A stretch of 64,000 nucleotides of DNA from assembly GCF_009914755.1 (NCBI RefSeq), contig NC_060938.1, one strand, 5' to 3'. Under the pieces are notes generated by a model. The model ran no database searches and was not told the DNA's origin. It was given only the letters and a program-made list of their open reading frames with translations. Made by a program: the position numbers and the translations under genes. This document shows positions 1-12,849 of the stretch, piece by piece (positions within the stretch are counted from its first letter, which is position 1; every line of letters starts with the position of its first letter). The stretch comes from the human T2T-CHM13v2.0 reference genome, Homo sapiens.

Positions 1-1125
1 CCAGGGACAATTTTTTAACCCGTTTGCAGATAAAGCTGAGGCACAGTAGACTAAAGCACCTGAAGTCGCATAGGCAGTGAGTGGCAAAGGTGGGAACCGA
101 ACCTAGGACATCTAGCTGGAGAATCTTAACTGCTACTCTCCACGACCCCTTCAATGGGATCCAAGTACGGAGATCATGAGCACTAGATTAGGGGTCATCA
201 CATGTCTGGGGTTAATCAGCACAGACTTCAAGTATAATTTGAGTCATACTTTATAAACTGGGTTTAATGGTAGAAGCAAGCAGGGAAGATTATCGAGATG
301 ACTATTACAGCATGTTGAAAAACAGCACAGGTAAGAAATGAGAGTAGCAGCAGCGGCATTAGCTTTTGAACAGTACTGGAGTGCTGCCTGCAGATCCTTG
401 GGAAAGCAGCAAGCTGAGGGTTGGCAGGACAGACAGTGTAGGTTCAAGTGGAAAATCTGATTAGAACATAGTAGGAATGAAGTTATGACTCAAGATTTAG
501 TATAGGGCCTTGATGACTTGGCTAAGAAATTCCAGTTTGATAAAAATAGAAAATTAGGCATGACTCAACTTTATTTAAACAAGAAAGTGACAAGCTTAAC
601 TTAAACAGAAAAGTGATATAAAACTCAAGGCAGAAAAATAAAAAAAAAAAAAACCCAGGATGGATCATGGTAAAATAGATGGCTGTGAAGAAAACTGTAT
701 CACTGTCTATTAGTTTAAGAAAGGGAAAAAAACATTTAGAGTAAAAGGAAATGAATGTAACTTGGATGTGTCAAAATCTCAGGTTTCTCCAGCTCAGAAA
801 TTCACAACTAAGTGTAAGGAAGCAGCTACAGGAGGGACTCACACACTCACCAGTATGCTCATGGCTTAAGGGCCATCAGGACTTTCTCCCAGAGCTCAAG
901 GAATGAGGGGCTGCAGAAAGCGCCAAGCTCTAGGACTCAACCTCAGCCCTCCCTCGGGGGCTTTGTGGAAACTGTGCAAACTGTGTCTTTCAGCTTCCTC
1001 ATCTCTAAAATAAGTAGAACACCTCTTCCTCACCCCTGCATTGCCAGAAGTCGCATTTCTTCTTAATGTACTTCTGAACACCAAGTAAAAAGGCAATCTG
1101 CTATAGGTCTAAAGAACAGCCATTT

Positions 1126-1456
<331 letters not shown>

Positions 1457-2124
1457 TCAATCCAAACTTTACAAGCTGTTCTGCCCACAAATTAAGGAAA
1501 TAACAGGCTTGGATTGTATCTTATTTCAGTTATTTTGTGAAGCCTTATTCTGCAACCCAATTCTTATTCTAAGGCTGAATTATGAAACAAGGAGAGAGAA
1601 GATGGAGGAGAGACAGTCTAGATATGGAGAGTTAAACTAGGTGGAGTCATAGCTTTTATCTAAGTAAAAAGAGGCAGGGTGATGCAGCCAGCAACTTACA
1701 AGTGCAACTGTGCAAAGGTTTATAAATAGATTGGAAGCTGTACTACATTTTTCTATTACAGAAAAAGAAGTTATAACAATGAGCAGGCTCCCATGAAAGG
1801 CTATTATGAGACTTAAACTGTAATTACAATGGGCTAACTAGTTACTGTTAAGCTAACCTGGGAGTCTTTTTAAACAGTTTTGTGGAATATTGTATTTTTA
1901 GGATGGTACTTACTGAGCCAAGAACACACACTGTCTCTTTCAGCTTCATAACAGCCACATGAAGGAAAGAAGATGGATCAGCCCCTAATCCGGGGGAAGG
2001 CAAGCCTCCATTTATAATCCCTCTTCCACGCCTGCCTTCATACCCAAGTGCACACACAGGTTTGCACACTTACCATTTACAATGGCAGCTTGTTAGGTGA
2101 AAGGTAAATGCTTCTTACAATTTT

Positions 2125-2870
2125 TGTTCATTCATTCACTAATTCAACAAGTATTTACTGAGCATTCACTATAGACCTGTACCTAGTCTAGAAACTGAGG
2201 ACATGGCAGGGAGCAAAAGAGACAAAAATTCACATCCTGAAGCTTACATTCTCCCCAGCAGCAGTCAATAAACAAGTAAATTACTTAGTGGGGTGGATGT
2301 GTAAGAGCTGTGCAAAGAAATACAGCAGAGAAAGACAAGAGGGTGGGAGGGGGCAGGTGTACATGGCTCTTTTTAATAGCATGGTCAGGGAAGACCTCAG
2401 GAGAAGGTGACTGAGCAGAGGCCAGGAGGAGGTGAGGGAGTGAACCCCACAGATGAGGGCAGGCGTGGTGCTGTGTCAGGCAGGAGGGGTGTGTGGGCAT
2501 GTGGGAGGGATGGTGAGAGAAGAGGTGGCCTGGGTCATTCATGCAGGGTCTCAGAGATCACAGGAAGGATTTGAGCTTTCATCTGAGTGAGATGGGAAGC
2601 ACTAGAGGGTTTCGAGCAGAAGAGTAACATGCTCCGACTACAGTAAATCAGACAGGAGCTGGTCCCTTGGTGGTAAGAAGTGCTGGTACAGGGGATAAGA
2701 AGGGCCCAGGTCTGGGATATTCTGAAGGTGGAACCGAGAGGGTTTGCTGGTAGACTGGATGTGGGATGATGTTCAGTCCTGATGTGGGAAACCAAAAGGG
2801 TGGAGCTGCCAGTTACTGAGATAGGGAGACTGAGGAGGAGCAGGTTTGTGGGGTTCAGTTCTGACAACAG
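2125..2870 (-). mobile_element. LINE-2 3' fragment
   Basis: TTCATTCATTCA...CAAGTATTTACTGAGC L2 tail, followed by typical L2 body (GGTCAGGGAAGACCTC...AGTTACTGAGATAGGGAGACTG). Confidence 0.75.
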
Positions 2871-2959
2871 CATGAGGCATCAAGGAAATTCACCAAGGGG
2901 TGAATAACAACTTACACCCTCAGCACAGCACCATGCAGTCCTTCACACGGAGAGCTGCA

Positions 2960-3120
2960 TTTCTCCCGGTGGATTCCAGAGACCACTGCATCAGGATCAC
3001 CTGAGATTTCTGTTAAAAATGCAAATTCTGAGGGCCCACCTTAGACCTACCAATTCCACTCTCTGGGTGCATCCTAGCAATCTACACTTTAGCCACCCCG
3101 CAAGTGATTCTCACACCAAT
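2960..3120. mobile_element. MER5-family hAT-Charlie MITE
   Basis: CATCAGGATCACCTG...TTAAAAATGCAAATTCTGAGGGCCCACC resembles the MER5 core. Confidence 0.6.
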
Positions 3121-3749
3121 TGGTGTTGATAGAAGGCTTGGGATACAACAAGCCTTGGATTTCTGAGCTAGGTGTTGCTCATCAATGTCGTTAACAAATT
3201 TAATCTGACCAATTGGCAGCTCCTAGGGTGGGCAGAATGTTAGGAAATTTCTCGTGCTCATTTCTGGCCACCTGAGAAGCCGAGCTCAGTGCTTACGGCC
3301 CATTTGGGCATCCATCCACAAGAATACAACGTGAAGATTCTTTAGTGAAGGTAATACAGACGCACAGCAGCCAGATAGCCCTTCCCTGAAGAAGGGGGAG
3401 ACCTGGAGCTAGAACGGTGCTGAGCCCACGTGCAGCTATTTATCCAGGGCGAGAAAAGCCAGACCTCCGGCCAACGTGACTGCTCAAATTTCTATGGGAA
3501 TTGCAGTGAAATTCAAAGAGGCTGAACTTCTTGAAGGCTGGGAATCAAGATCTGGATCCCAGCTAGATGAGATGTGCGATAAACACACCCGAGGAAAAGT
3601 GGCACTTTTTCTTTTCGGTGGTCATTTGCATGTCCCTATCATGGCTTTGAGTGTATTTTCATGCACTTCTTCCTACTCTAGTTAGAAGATATCTCCATTT
3701 TATAAATGAGAAAATTGAGGCCTACAGAGATGAAACAATCTTCTGGCTC

Positions 3750-4050
3750 TAAATCCCATCAAATTGAGGGGGCATCAGAATCACTGAAGTGCAGAGGAAT
3801 ATGGCAGGGTCAGACAAGAGGGTGAGAGAGGGCAGGCGCACCTGGCTCTTTGAAATAGTATGGTCAGGGAAGACCTCGGGAGAAAAAGACATTTGGGCAG
3901 AGGCCTGGAGGTGTTGAAGGAGTGAGGTGGCTTAAAAATGCAGTTTCTGGTTCAGAAGGTAGAGGAGGCGCTTGGAAATCAGTGTTTTTAACCAGGCTCC
4001 CAGCTGAGTGAGAGGAAGGTGGATGAGTGCCCACACTTTGAGAAATACAG
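3750..4050. mobile_element. MER5-family element interrupted by a ~137-nt L2-derived insert
   Basis: GCATCAGAATCAC [insert 3789-3925] GCTTAAAAATGCAG...CCACACTTTGAGAAATACAG terminus. Confidence 0.6.
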
Positions 4051-5699
4051 TTTCTAGTCCATGGCCTCCTCTGGGACCCACACTCTGCCAGGAAGCTCCT
4101 GCCACGGAGAGTCAGACCATAAAGAAGTCTGCTGACACCTCAGGGCACAGCAGGAGGGTGGAGGCTGGCCAGGTTTGAATGAACTCATTTTGTCATGGAT
4201 TTGTTAACTGAGGTTTGATAGTTGCTAAAGGATTCTTAACATGAAGATTTTTTAAATCTCTTTTTTTTTCTATTTAATGTTTTTTTTTGTTTTTAACTTT
4301 TCTCATGTCCTTAATAGAAAGAAAAATGGGGTGGGGAGATATCAGAGGAAAGAAAGAAATGCCCTGCCAAAGGACTTGAGACTTGTCCTAACTAGGAGTT
4401 CGTAACAAAAATGGAAAATTCTCCTCTGCACTTGTTCTGAGCCATCTTTCAATCTTCATTTTCCCAGAAACACTTAAGCACCTGTCTGCAGCCCTTGGCC
4501 GGCCTGCCCTTCTTCACAGAAGGCCCTGGCCCAGACACGGGAGGTTCCATGGTGTCGACTGGGTTCACTGGGCCAACACAGAGGGACACAGGAGGCTTCG
4601 TGCACAGGGCTGCTTCAGGACAGCTGGAGCAACTACTAACAATTTTTACTGCTACCTCAAAAAAAAAAAAGTCATTTTCACCGCAGGAAAAATTCTTCTA
4701 AGTTTTCCCATCTCTCAGAATGACAGACTAGTTAGAAAAACCATATCCAACTTTATAATAAACAGTGGAATGCTTTTTCGTCGTTTTCATGTTTGTTTAA
4801 TTTTGATGTGTGTGGCATGTAATGATGCTGGTGGCAGTGATCACGACCCTGGGGGTGGCCTTTTACAACTGCTGGCATGACACTAACAGGCTCTCTCCAC
4901 TTCTGGTGAAGGGAGAGGGGCCCTACCAGGGAATCTCCTCATATAGGTGTCTTCACAGGCATGGGGGGGCGGCGGCTCCTGGTCACAGACCCTCTGCAAC
5001 CTGGAGGTGCACCCAGGGGATGGTCTTTGGCACCTGGAGGGTTGCACTGGCAGCAGAACCTGCTTAAATTCTTCTCAGGGTGGAAGTTGAGCTTGCAACA
5101 CACTCCTGCAGCCTTTCACAAGGCCAAAAGTGGAGTGGGACTACATGAGGTTTCTGAAAGCCAGGTGTCCTTCCTCCTAACTCATCATGCAGATTGAGAT
5201 TAAATTAAGCTGCGTATAGCACTGCCTCAGCAGGCTTAAGAATAACTAAGACCCCTATCAGTAAACCTCATTCCTTTCTACTCACAACACAGGCAGTCCC
5301 ATGGTCCCAGGCAGCTGAAGCCCTCACTGGCAACTCTCTCACCCCACTGCCTTAATCAACCTTTGTCTCTGTCTCTCTCCCTCCTTTCCTCCCTCCTCAT
5401 TCCCATCTCTGCAACTCCGCTCTTGTCACTTCTCTGTTCATAATGTTTTCACACATTCTCCCTCTCAGACTTTGACCCCAGGCCTGGCTCAAGCCCCTCC
5501 TTCCTCACAAAGACTTCCCCAACAGCAGTGACACTCCTGGACAGTGCCTTTGACTCTCTGTCACCCTACAGCTTTCTCTAATTTCTTCATGACTTTGTTG
5601 CAGTCTTTGCCCTTGCTAGACAAGTCACTAAGTATTTCCAAGCTCAGTTTCCATCTCTGTAAAATGGGAAGGATGATTGTACCTACCCTACAGGACAAC

Positions 5700-5915
5700 T
5701 TTTTTTTTCAGACAATATTTCTCTCTGTTGCTCAGGCTATGCAGTGGTACAATCATGGCTCACTGTAGCCTGGAACTCTTGGGCTCAAGTGATCCTCCCA
5801 CCTCAGTCTCCCGAGTAGCTAGGACCACAGGTGAGCACCACCACACCCGGCTAATTTTTAAAATTGTTTATAGAGGCAAGGTCTCCCTATGTTGCCCAGG
5901 CTGGTCTCGAACTCC
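5700..5915 (-). mobile_element. Partial AluJ, inserted into a MIR
   Basis: Poly-T then CTCACTGTAGCC...GGGCTCAAGTGATCCTCCCACCTCAG...CTGGTCTCGAACTCC. MIR sequence (CTCAGTTTCCATCTCTGTAAAATGGG) flanks it. Confidence 0.85.
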
Positions 5916-8657
5916 CCACAGGGCAATTCTGAGGACTAACTGTGATAATGCAATCTAATGCCAAGTTCTCACTTTAGAGCAGCAGGCTGCGCTTAGCAAA
6001 TGCCAGCCAAAACTTCCACTAGCACCGAGTCAGAGACAGGTACACGGCAGGTGCTTGGGTAACTTTTTGACTTGACAACAAAACGACCAGAGCTCCCTGG
6101 AAACAAGACTCCTCAGAGAAAGCATGCTTGCACATCCATCTACTGCTGTTCTGTGGCCTAGGAAGACAGAGCTCGAGTGTGGCCAGGACATTCCTGCCTG
6201 GTGTAGATATGATCTGAAAATCTAAATTTCTGAACAAAAAGAAAGGTCTGTAAAATGAGTCCCTAAGGGGAAAAAATGTAAAAAGGAGTGATATTTTCTG
6301 GGCCTTTAACTAAATCTTAATTTCTTGGTTTAGCAAGATGACTACCCTAAAGCTTCAAAGGGAAACTAAAATGTATTGGGCAGGGTGCTTCCCAAGCTCA
6401 ATTTCAGTTCTTGCAAGTATATGACGAGGTCTTCATTAACTCTGTTTTAGAGCTGAGGAGAGCCAAGGGTCAAACAGACTACATGTCTTGCCCCAAACCA
6501 CATAGCAGAGCTGGGAGTCAAGGTCAAGTCCAACCAGCACCAAAACCATGTGCTTTCTATTCCATCAGCAGAAAAAGCCAGGCAGATGCCACATGGCTGG
6601 GTACTTAGTACCGGACAATGTTCTGTGTCTCTGCCACTCCCACCCCACAGCTTCCCGGAGGAAGCCCACACTTACCAGACAGACCTCTGAGCCTCCAATG
6701 TTTTATGTGAAAGAAACAGTCACTGCATCCCCTCAAAAGTATTTAACAATTGCATGCTTCTATACTTCATACATCCCCGTAAATTCTTTTAAAACAAAAA
6801 CTGGATTTTTTTTGTCTAAGTTTCAAACACTTCTAGATTTCTTCCCCCAAAATGCGTATTAACCAGCTTTTTCACAGGCGTTTTTTGCCATTACCAGGAT
6901 GTCTATAGTAGACTGCATCCGGCAGCTGATAAATATCATAGTTCATGCCCCACAAGGGTTATAGCTGTGCCTCTGTTCTACTCTATGGCTGGTTCCTGAA
7001 GCCTCCTGCACTTTACTCCAGTGATCTCAAGCTCTCAGAGCCCGAAGCAGGGTGTGCAGTCCCTTCTTAACCCTTTAATACATGACTCCATAGATCTGCT
7101 TTTTAATATTCCCACGCTCTTCCCAGGGAAGGAAATCACAACCCACAAATGAGAAGGCCATTCAGGAATGCATCTTTACCTCAAATCCCTTTGTGAAAAT
7201 CTTTGATACTTGGCCTTAAAATGTATTTAGAGGAAACTCATACTGTAAATTCTGGAGATTCTCAGAAGGATCTGAAGGTTCTAAAGACTTCCAATAAAAT
7301 TTACATCTTCAACTTCATGGAAATGTGGTCCCTTAGGCACAAATTAATGTGAAACTCTTTAATAAGCACATTCTTCATTCTCTACCCATCCTCCACCCCA
7401 TTCCCACTGTTTTAAATCTTCTAAAATTAGTAACAGCAGCCACTATTTATTAAGAACCAGTGAGTGCAGACACGAAGCCAAGAACTTCACATACGCTGTC
7501 TCATTGAATCCTCCCAAGTAATTCCTGAGAAATCAGAGGCTTATGGGTTACATAAGTTACTTCAGGTCACCCAGCAAGCTTGGCAGCCAGGATTCAAACT
7601 CGAAGCCGACACCAGTGTACTCCCTCGAATCCTTACACAATGCCACATTAGTCAGAAAATATTTTCTTCCCTCCTGAAATTAGTACCTCTCCATGCAATA
7701 GCCTGCAGATAATACCAGAGCAGAACCCAGAAGGCCCTCTCTGCTAGGTCAGCCATGTTTTTGCCACAACAGTGACAGGAAACAGAAAAGGTGGAAAAAC
7801 ATGGAGATTCAGAACAAAGCAGTCACCTCTGACCTCTTTCTTCCTATCAGAGGTCAGATGAGCAGTCCCTGGAACAAACAATCTGGAGTCAGTTTCCCAT
7901 TCACATCTTTCCATGCCTGATGGGGAAGAAACAGCTGGCATGACAAGTCTCAACAAGGACTAGAAGACTGACATAGACCCCATGTCCATGATAATTAACC
8001 ACCGCCTGCTTTCGCCATCTCCCTCCTCGCCTCTCAGTCCGATCAGTGGGTCATGAAATGAGGACAAGGCTCCAGGGAGGTTCATGCCACAGCTGCATAG
8101 CCATGAACCAGAAATGACAACAGACACAGGTGTTTAGTCATTTTCTTTCCCTGTGGGCTCTCCTCTCCCACACATCACAAGCATATCTCCCCAACCAAGA
8201 GAAGCGCTAGGCTTGTCTCACAACAGAGTATGAATCTGGCATGTTCATCTGAGCCAGCACAACTCACCACTTTAAAAAGCACAAACCCGTCCATCACTGG
8301 AATGTGTATGAAGCCGCAAAATGTTTTACCTTTGCTGAACTTTCAAACTGAAATAGTTCATTACACTTGAGAGCGTAGCTGGCATAACAAACCCAGTTTT
8401 CCCCCACTCACTTCATGAGGCCCATATTTTAAAAAAACATTATTAATGATCAAGAGATTCCGAACAGAATCTGCCTGCCAAGATTTATTTGGCAAAGGAA
8501 ATTTACTCTATCTCTTGAAACACAGGGATTAAAAATTAGATCCAATCTTCTTTTTGCTAAACTTTTCACCTACCCACTTAAGAGAAAAATCACAACGCTA
8601 TGCAAAACCAGCATGGTTAAGATGAAACCTTAGCACCCAGTTTTCTAATGCACTCAC

Positions 8658-9017
8658 CCTCGGTGTTGGAACCTATGTTGTCTTCCAGTCCCACCTCATA
8701 CGTCCCTCGACTTAAGGGTGTAGTGTGATCTGAAGCAGGGTAACTTCGAAGAACAATTTCTTCTTCAGGATGAGCTGGGGGAACATCCATTTCCGAAGGC
8801 ACTGGCCCTCCATCTGGGTAGGGCTGGATGCTTCCGTTTTCGGGGTACGGTGGTGGGGTTTCCCAGGAAGGAGCCAGTGAATCTCTGTCTACCTCTGGTG
8901 GAGCTGGGCTTCTGGTCTCTCTCTCATCCCAGGGCTCAACTTGGCCTTTTAAATCTGGGCCCCCTACCTCTCCCAGAGATGTTCCTTCTTTGGTGTGAGG
9001 ATCCAAGGTGGAAGATT
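8658..9017 (-). CDS. NID2: Nidogen-2 coding exon 5 (360 nt): Pro/Glu-rich linker
   Basis: Acceptor gaaacag|AA gives ...[11 protein letters not shown] as in the recalled canonical protein. Ends GSNTE G|GTGAGT at 8657; phase 1-1. Confidence 0.95.
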
Positions 9018-9098
9018 CTGTTTCAGGATAGAATGGCCAATAAGTAGGTGTTGGATGCAAGGGGGAGGACAGATCAGAATCTGGAGGGGAGATCCTAC
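9018..9098 (-). other. NID2: NID2 intron 4: 81-nt GT-AG intron, in frame and stop-free
   Basis: GT at 9098-9097, AG at 9019-9018. The ORF track reads straight through it ([27 protein letters not shown]). Confidence 0.88.
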
Positions 9099-9400
9099 CC
9101 TCTAAAGGCTTTGTATCCACTTTGGATTGGAAGGAAACATCAATGCTGCTGTGGCCATTCAATGCCTCCTCTGGTTCACCCGGAAGGTATTCAGCTTCCT
9201 CCTCATTCACATCGTAGTAATCCAAATTGTCCTCATTATAGTCACTTTCCAGGGCTGTAGCATGGCTGAAGGAACGTCCCAGGGGAACAGAAGAGTGGGC
9301 AGCGGAAAGGTCTCCAACTGCAGCTGGCCTGACATTGTCCAACGGGGAAGTGCTGCCGATATGGAAAGCCCACACTCCAGGGATCCCCAGGTTGCTTAGT
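9099..9400 (-). CDS. NID2: Nidogen-2 coding exon 4 (302 nt): end of NIDO domain and acidic linker
   Basis: Acceptor tttatttag|A completes the split Gln codon. [15 protein letters not shown]...[21 protein letters not shown]...DTKPLE. Donor GAGG|GTAGGA at 9098. Confidence 0.95.
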
Positions 9401-9498
9401 CTAAATAAAAAGGAAACAGTCATTGTAACAAATGTAACAAAAGTGTCCATTCACCCACCTTCCTAGAAGGTGAACAACTTATTTTAAAACGGAAAGAC

Positions 9499-9801
9499 AG
9501 CTGGGCATGGTGGCTCACACTTATAATCCCAGCACTTTGCAAGGCCAAAGTAGGAGGATGACTTAAGCCCAGGAGTTTGAGACCAGTCTAGGCAACATAG
9601 TGACACCCTGCCTCTACAAAACCCTTTTCTAAAAAACTTAGCCAGGCATGGTGCCACATGCCTGTGCTTCTAGCTACTCAGTTGGCTGAGGCAGGAGGGT
9701 CACTTGAGCCCAGCAGTTCCAGGTTACAGTGGGCTTTGGTTGCAACCACTGCACCCCAGCCTGTGTGGCAGAGTGAGACCCTGTCTCAAAAAAACAGAAA
9801 A
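9499..9801 (+). mobile_element. AluJ, ~100 nt from the exon 4 acceptor
   Basis: Dimeric Alu with J-type GGAGGATGACTTAAGCCCAGGAG. Confidence 0.88.
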
Positions 9802-11010
9802 CCTGAAAGGCTATTAAGATCAGGTTCAGTTTTCACTGGTATATAAAACCAAATAAAAGCAGACTTACATGGTAACTAAAGGGATCATACTGGACTTTTG
9901 ATGTGAACTACCTTTTATTTAACATTATGTTTCAAAGCTGTATGCCACAGAATGCCAGATCATCAAATTATCAATCTGCTCCATAATCCAAATGGTTTAT
10001 CTAAAATCTGGCTATTTGAAAATAAACAAGGAATGTAGGAATGTTTCATCCTTCCTCTACTTGTCTGGAAACATAACACATTTTAAAAATGTATGCTTAA
10101 AACTCTACCAAATACTGACACCCAAATGACTACAACATACTTTCATGAATTGGTGATGCCCCTTCCCTGTGCCAAGTGTTTCACATTCTTCAATACAATC
10201 TGCAAATAGAGGTGATCATATTCAATTTTATAGAGGGGAAAATAGGCTTTAAAAGGCTAACTGATCTTCTGAAGGTCACATAACAAACAATTGGATCCGA
10301 ATTCAGTTAACACCAAAGCCCATGCTCTACTCATCTATGTTATATTATGACAGAAAACCATACCACACACTGCAGTCAATAAGCATCTGAATTATCATTA
10401 CTCTACAGAATATTAAAGACATTTCATTGTTTATTCACTTGAACTGATTAATTCCTTAATCCACAAAGAATGGTGAGTCAATGTAAAAAAATTCAAATAA
10501 ATACAAATGCCAAAACCTAAAAAATTTGTTTTTGCACTGAAAAAGTTAAGGAGCAAATAAGAAAGTAGCTTAGAAGTCTTTTAAAGACTTCTGGAAACAG
10601 CTCTCTCGTTTTCTCCATGAGAAAAGAACATGAACTCCATTGAGTTTCCAAATATCCCAATAACCCATTATTTTAGAGTCAATGGTATACCCTAAAGAGA
10701 ACAACTACATATGATTTCTAAAAATATGGGAAAACTTGAGTGAACAAGAGTCTGGTTAGGTTGAATATGCCAGTTTGTATACTCCTCTGATATTTGTACA
10801 AAACACTATGCTCACATTCTCCCAAGCAATGGAATTTCCTCAAAAGTCAGTCAATGAGGAATAACAGTCCATGCCTAATAAGATAATAAAAACTTCACTG
10901 AATTGTATAAGAACAAAAGATTTTCCTTCATTTGGGTGGGTACTCATCATGTTCATGTGGATTTCTATAGTAACAATATTTTTCAGTACAATTTGAAAAT
11001 GTCTTTCTCT

Positions 11011-11052
11011 TGTGTGTGTTTGTGTGTGTTTGTGTGTGTGTGTGTGTGTGTA
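11011..11052. repeat. (TG)n microsatellite, interrupted
   Basis: Directly visible. Confidence 0.9.
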
Positions 11053-11527
11053 TGCATGTACATATATGTATATGCTGTGGTTACTGTTGTGGTAAATTTA
11101 GGGAAAAAAGCATAGAAAGAAAAACTGATTTTGTGTGCAATATGCTATACATATTTGTTAAGTTCATAAGAATTAATGTTGGTGTTTATTGGCAAGCAAA
11201 TAAGGAAAACTAAAGACAGTAGGAGAAAATCCTGAAGTTCTGAGGATATTGAGTTTATTATCACATTAGAGGTGGTGCAACTATGAAATTTCTTCTTGAA
11301 GTTAGAAACAGAAACTATAAAATCTTCAAACAGTGGAAAAATACAGATTATGGCCAATAAAAGCTAAATAAAATAACCTTCTAATTATATATAAATCACT
11401 ATCTGGGTTTTGTCATTATGCATAATGGAAAAGTAACCAATTTGAGTTTATTTTAAAATCCAAGGTCATTTGGAAAGCTTAGTAATAGAAAGAACTTAAT
11501 TTATTTCTACAAAGGAAAATTGGGTTA

Positions 11528-11926
<399 letters not shown>

Positions 11927-12133
11927 TCATAAATACTTATTAACTACTGTCTTGTCTTCCAGAAGATAGAAAAGTATGATTTCAAAATATACACGTGCGA
12001 ATTCGTATTTAAATTTGCAGAGGAAGAGTATGACAAACATTATGAACTATATAATTTATGACCTTTGAGCTCACAGTTGTGAGACAAATTTGAGGAAGAA
12101 AACAATTGACTAGGAAAATAACTTTACTCTTAA

Positions 12134-12428
12134 TTACTTATTTATTTAGAGGTAGGGTCTCCCTCTGTCACCCAGGCTGGAGCATAGTGGTGTGATTGAT
12201 CATGGCTCACTGTAGCCTCAACCCCCTGGACTCAAGTGATCCTCCCACTTCAGCCTCCCAAGTAGCTGGGTCTACGGGTGCACACCACCACACCCAGCTA
12301 ATTTTTTAAATTTTTAGTAGAGATTAGGTCTCGCTATGTTGCCCAGGCTGGCCTTGAATGCCTGAGCTCAAGCAATCCTCCCACCTTGGCCTCCCAAAGC
12401 GCTGGGATTAGAACCACCTTGCCCAGCC
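12134..12428 (-). mobile_element. AluJ, 15-bp TSD
   Basis: TSD TAACTTTACTCTTAA (12119-12133) / TAACTTTACCCTTAA (12429-12443). Confidence 0.9.
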
Positions 12429-12509
12429 TAACTTTACCCTTAAGAGATGCATACTAAGGCATTTAGCAATGAACTGGCATGATGTTTGTGACTTACTTTA
12501 AAACATTTA

Positions 12510-12820
<311 letters not shown>

Positions 12821-12849
12821 GAAAAAAATGTAAACAAACAAAAAAATGA

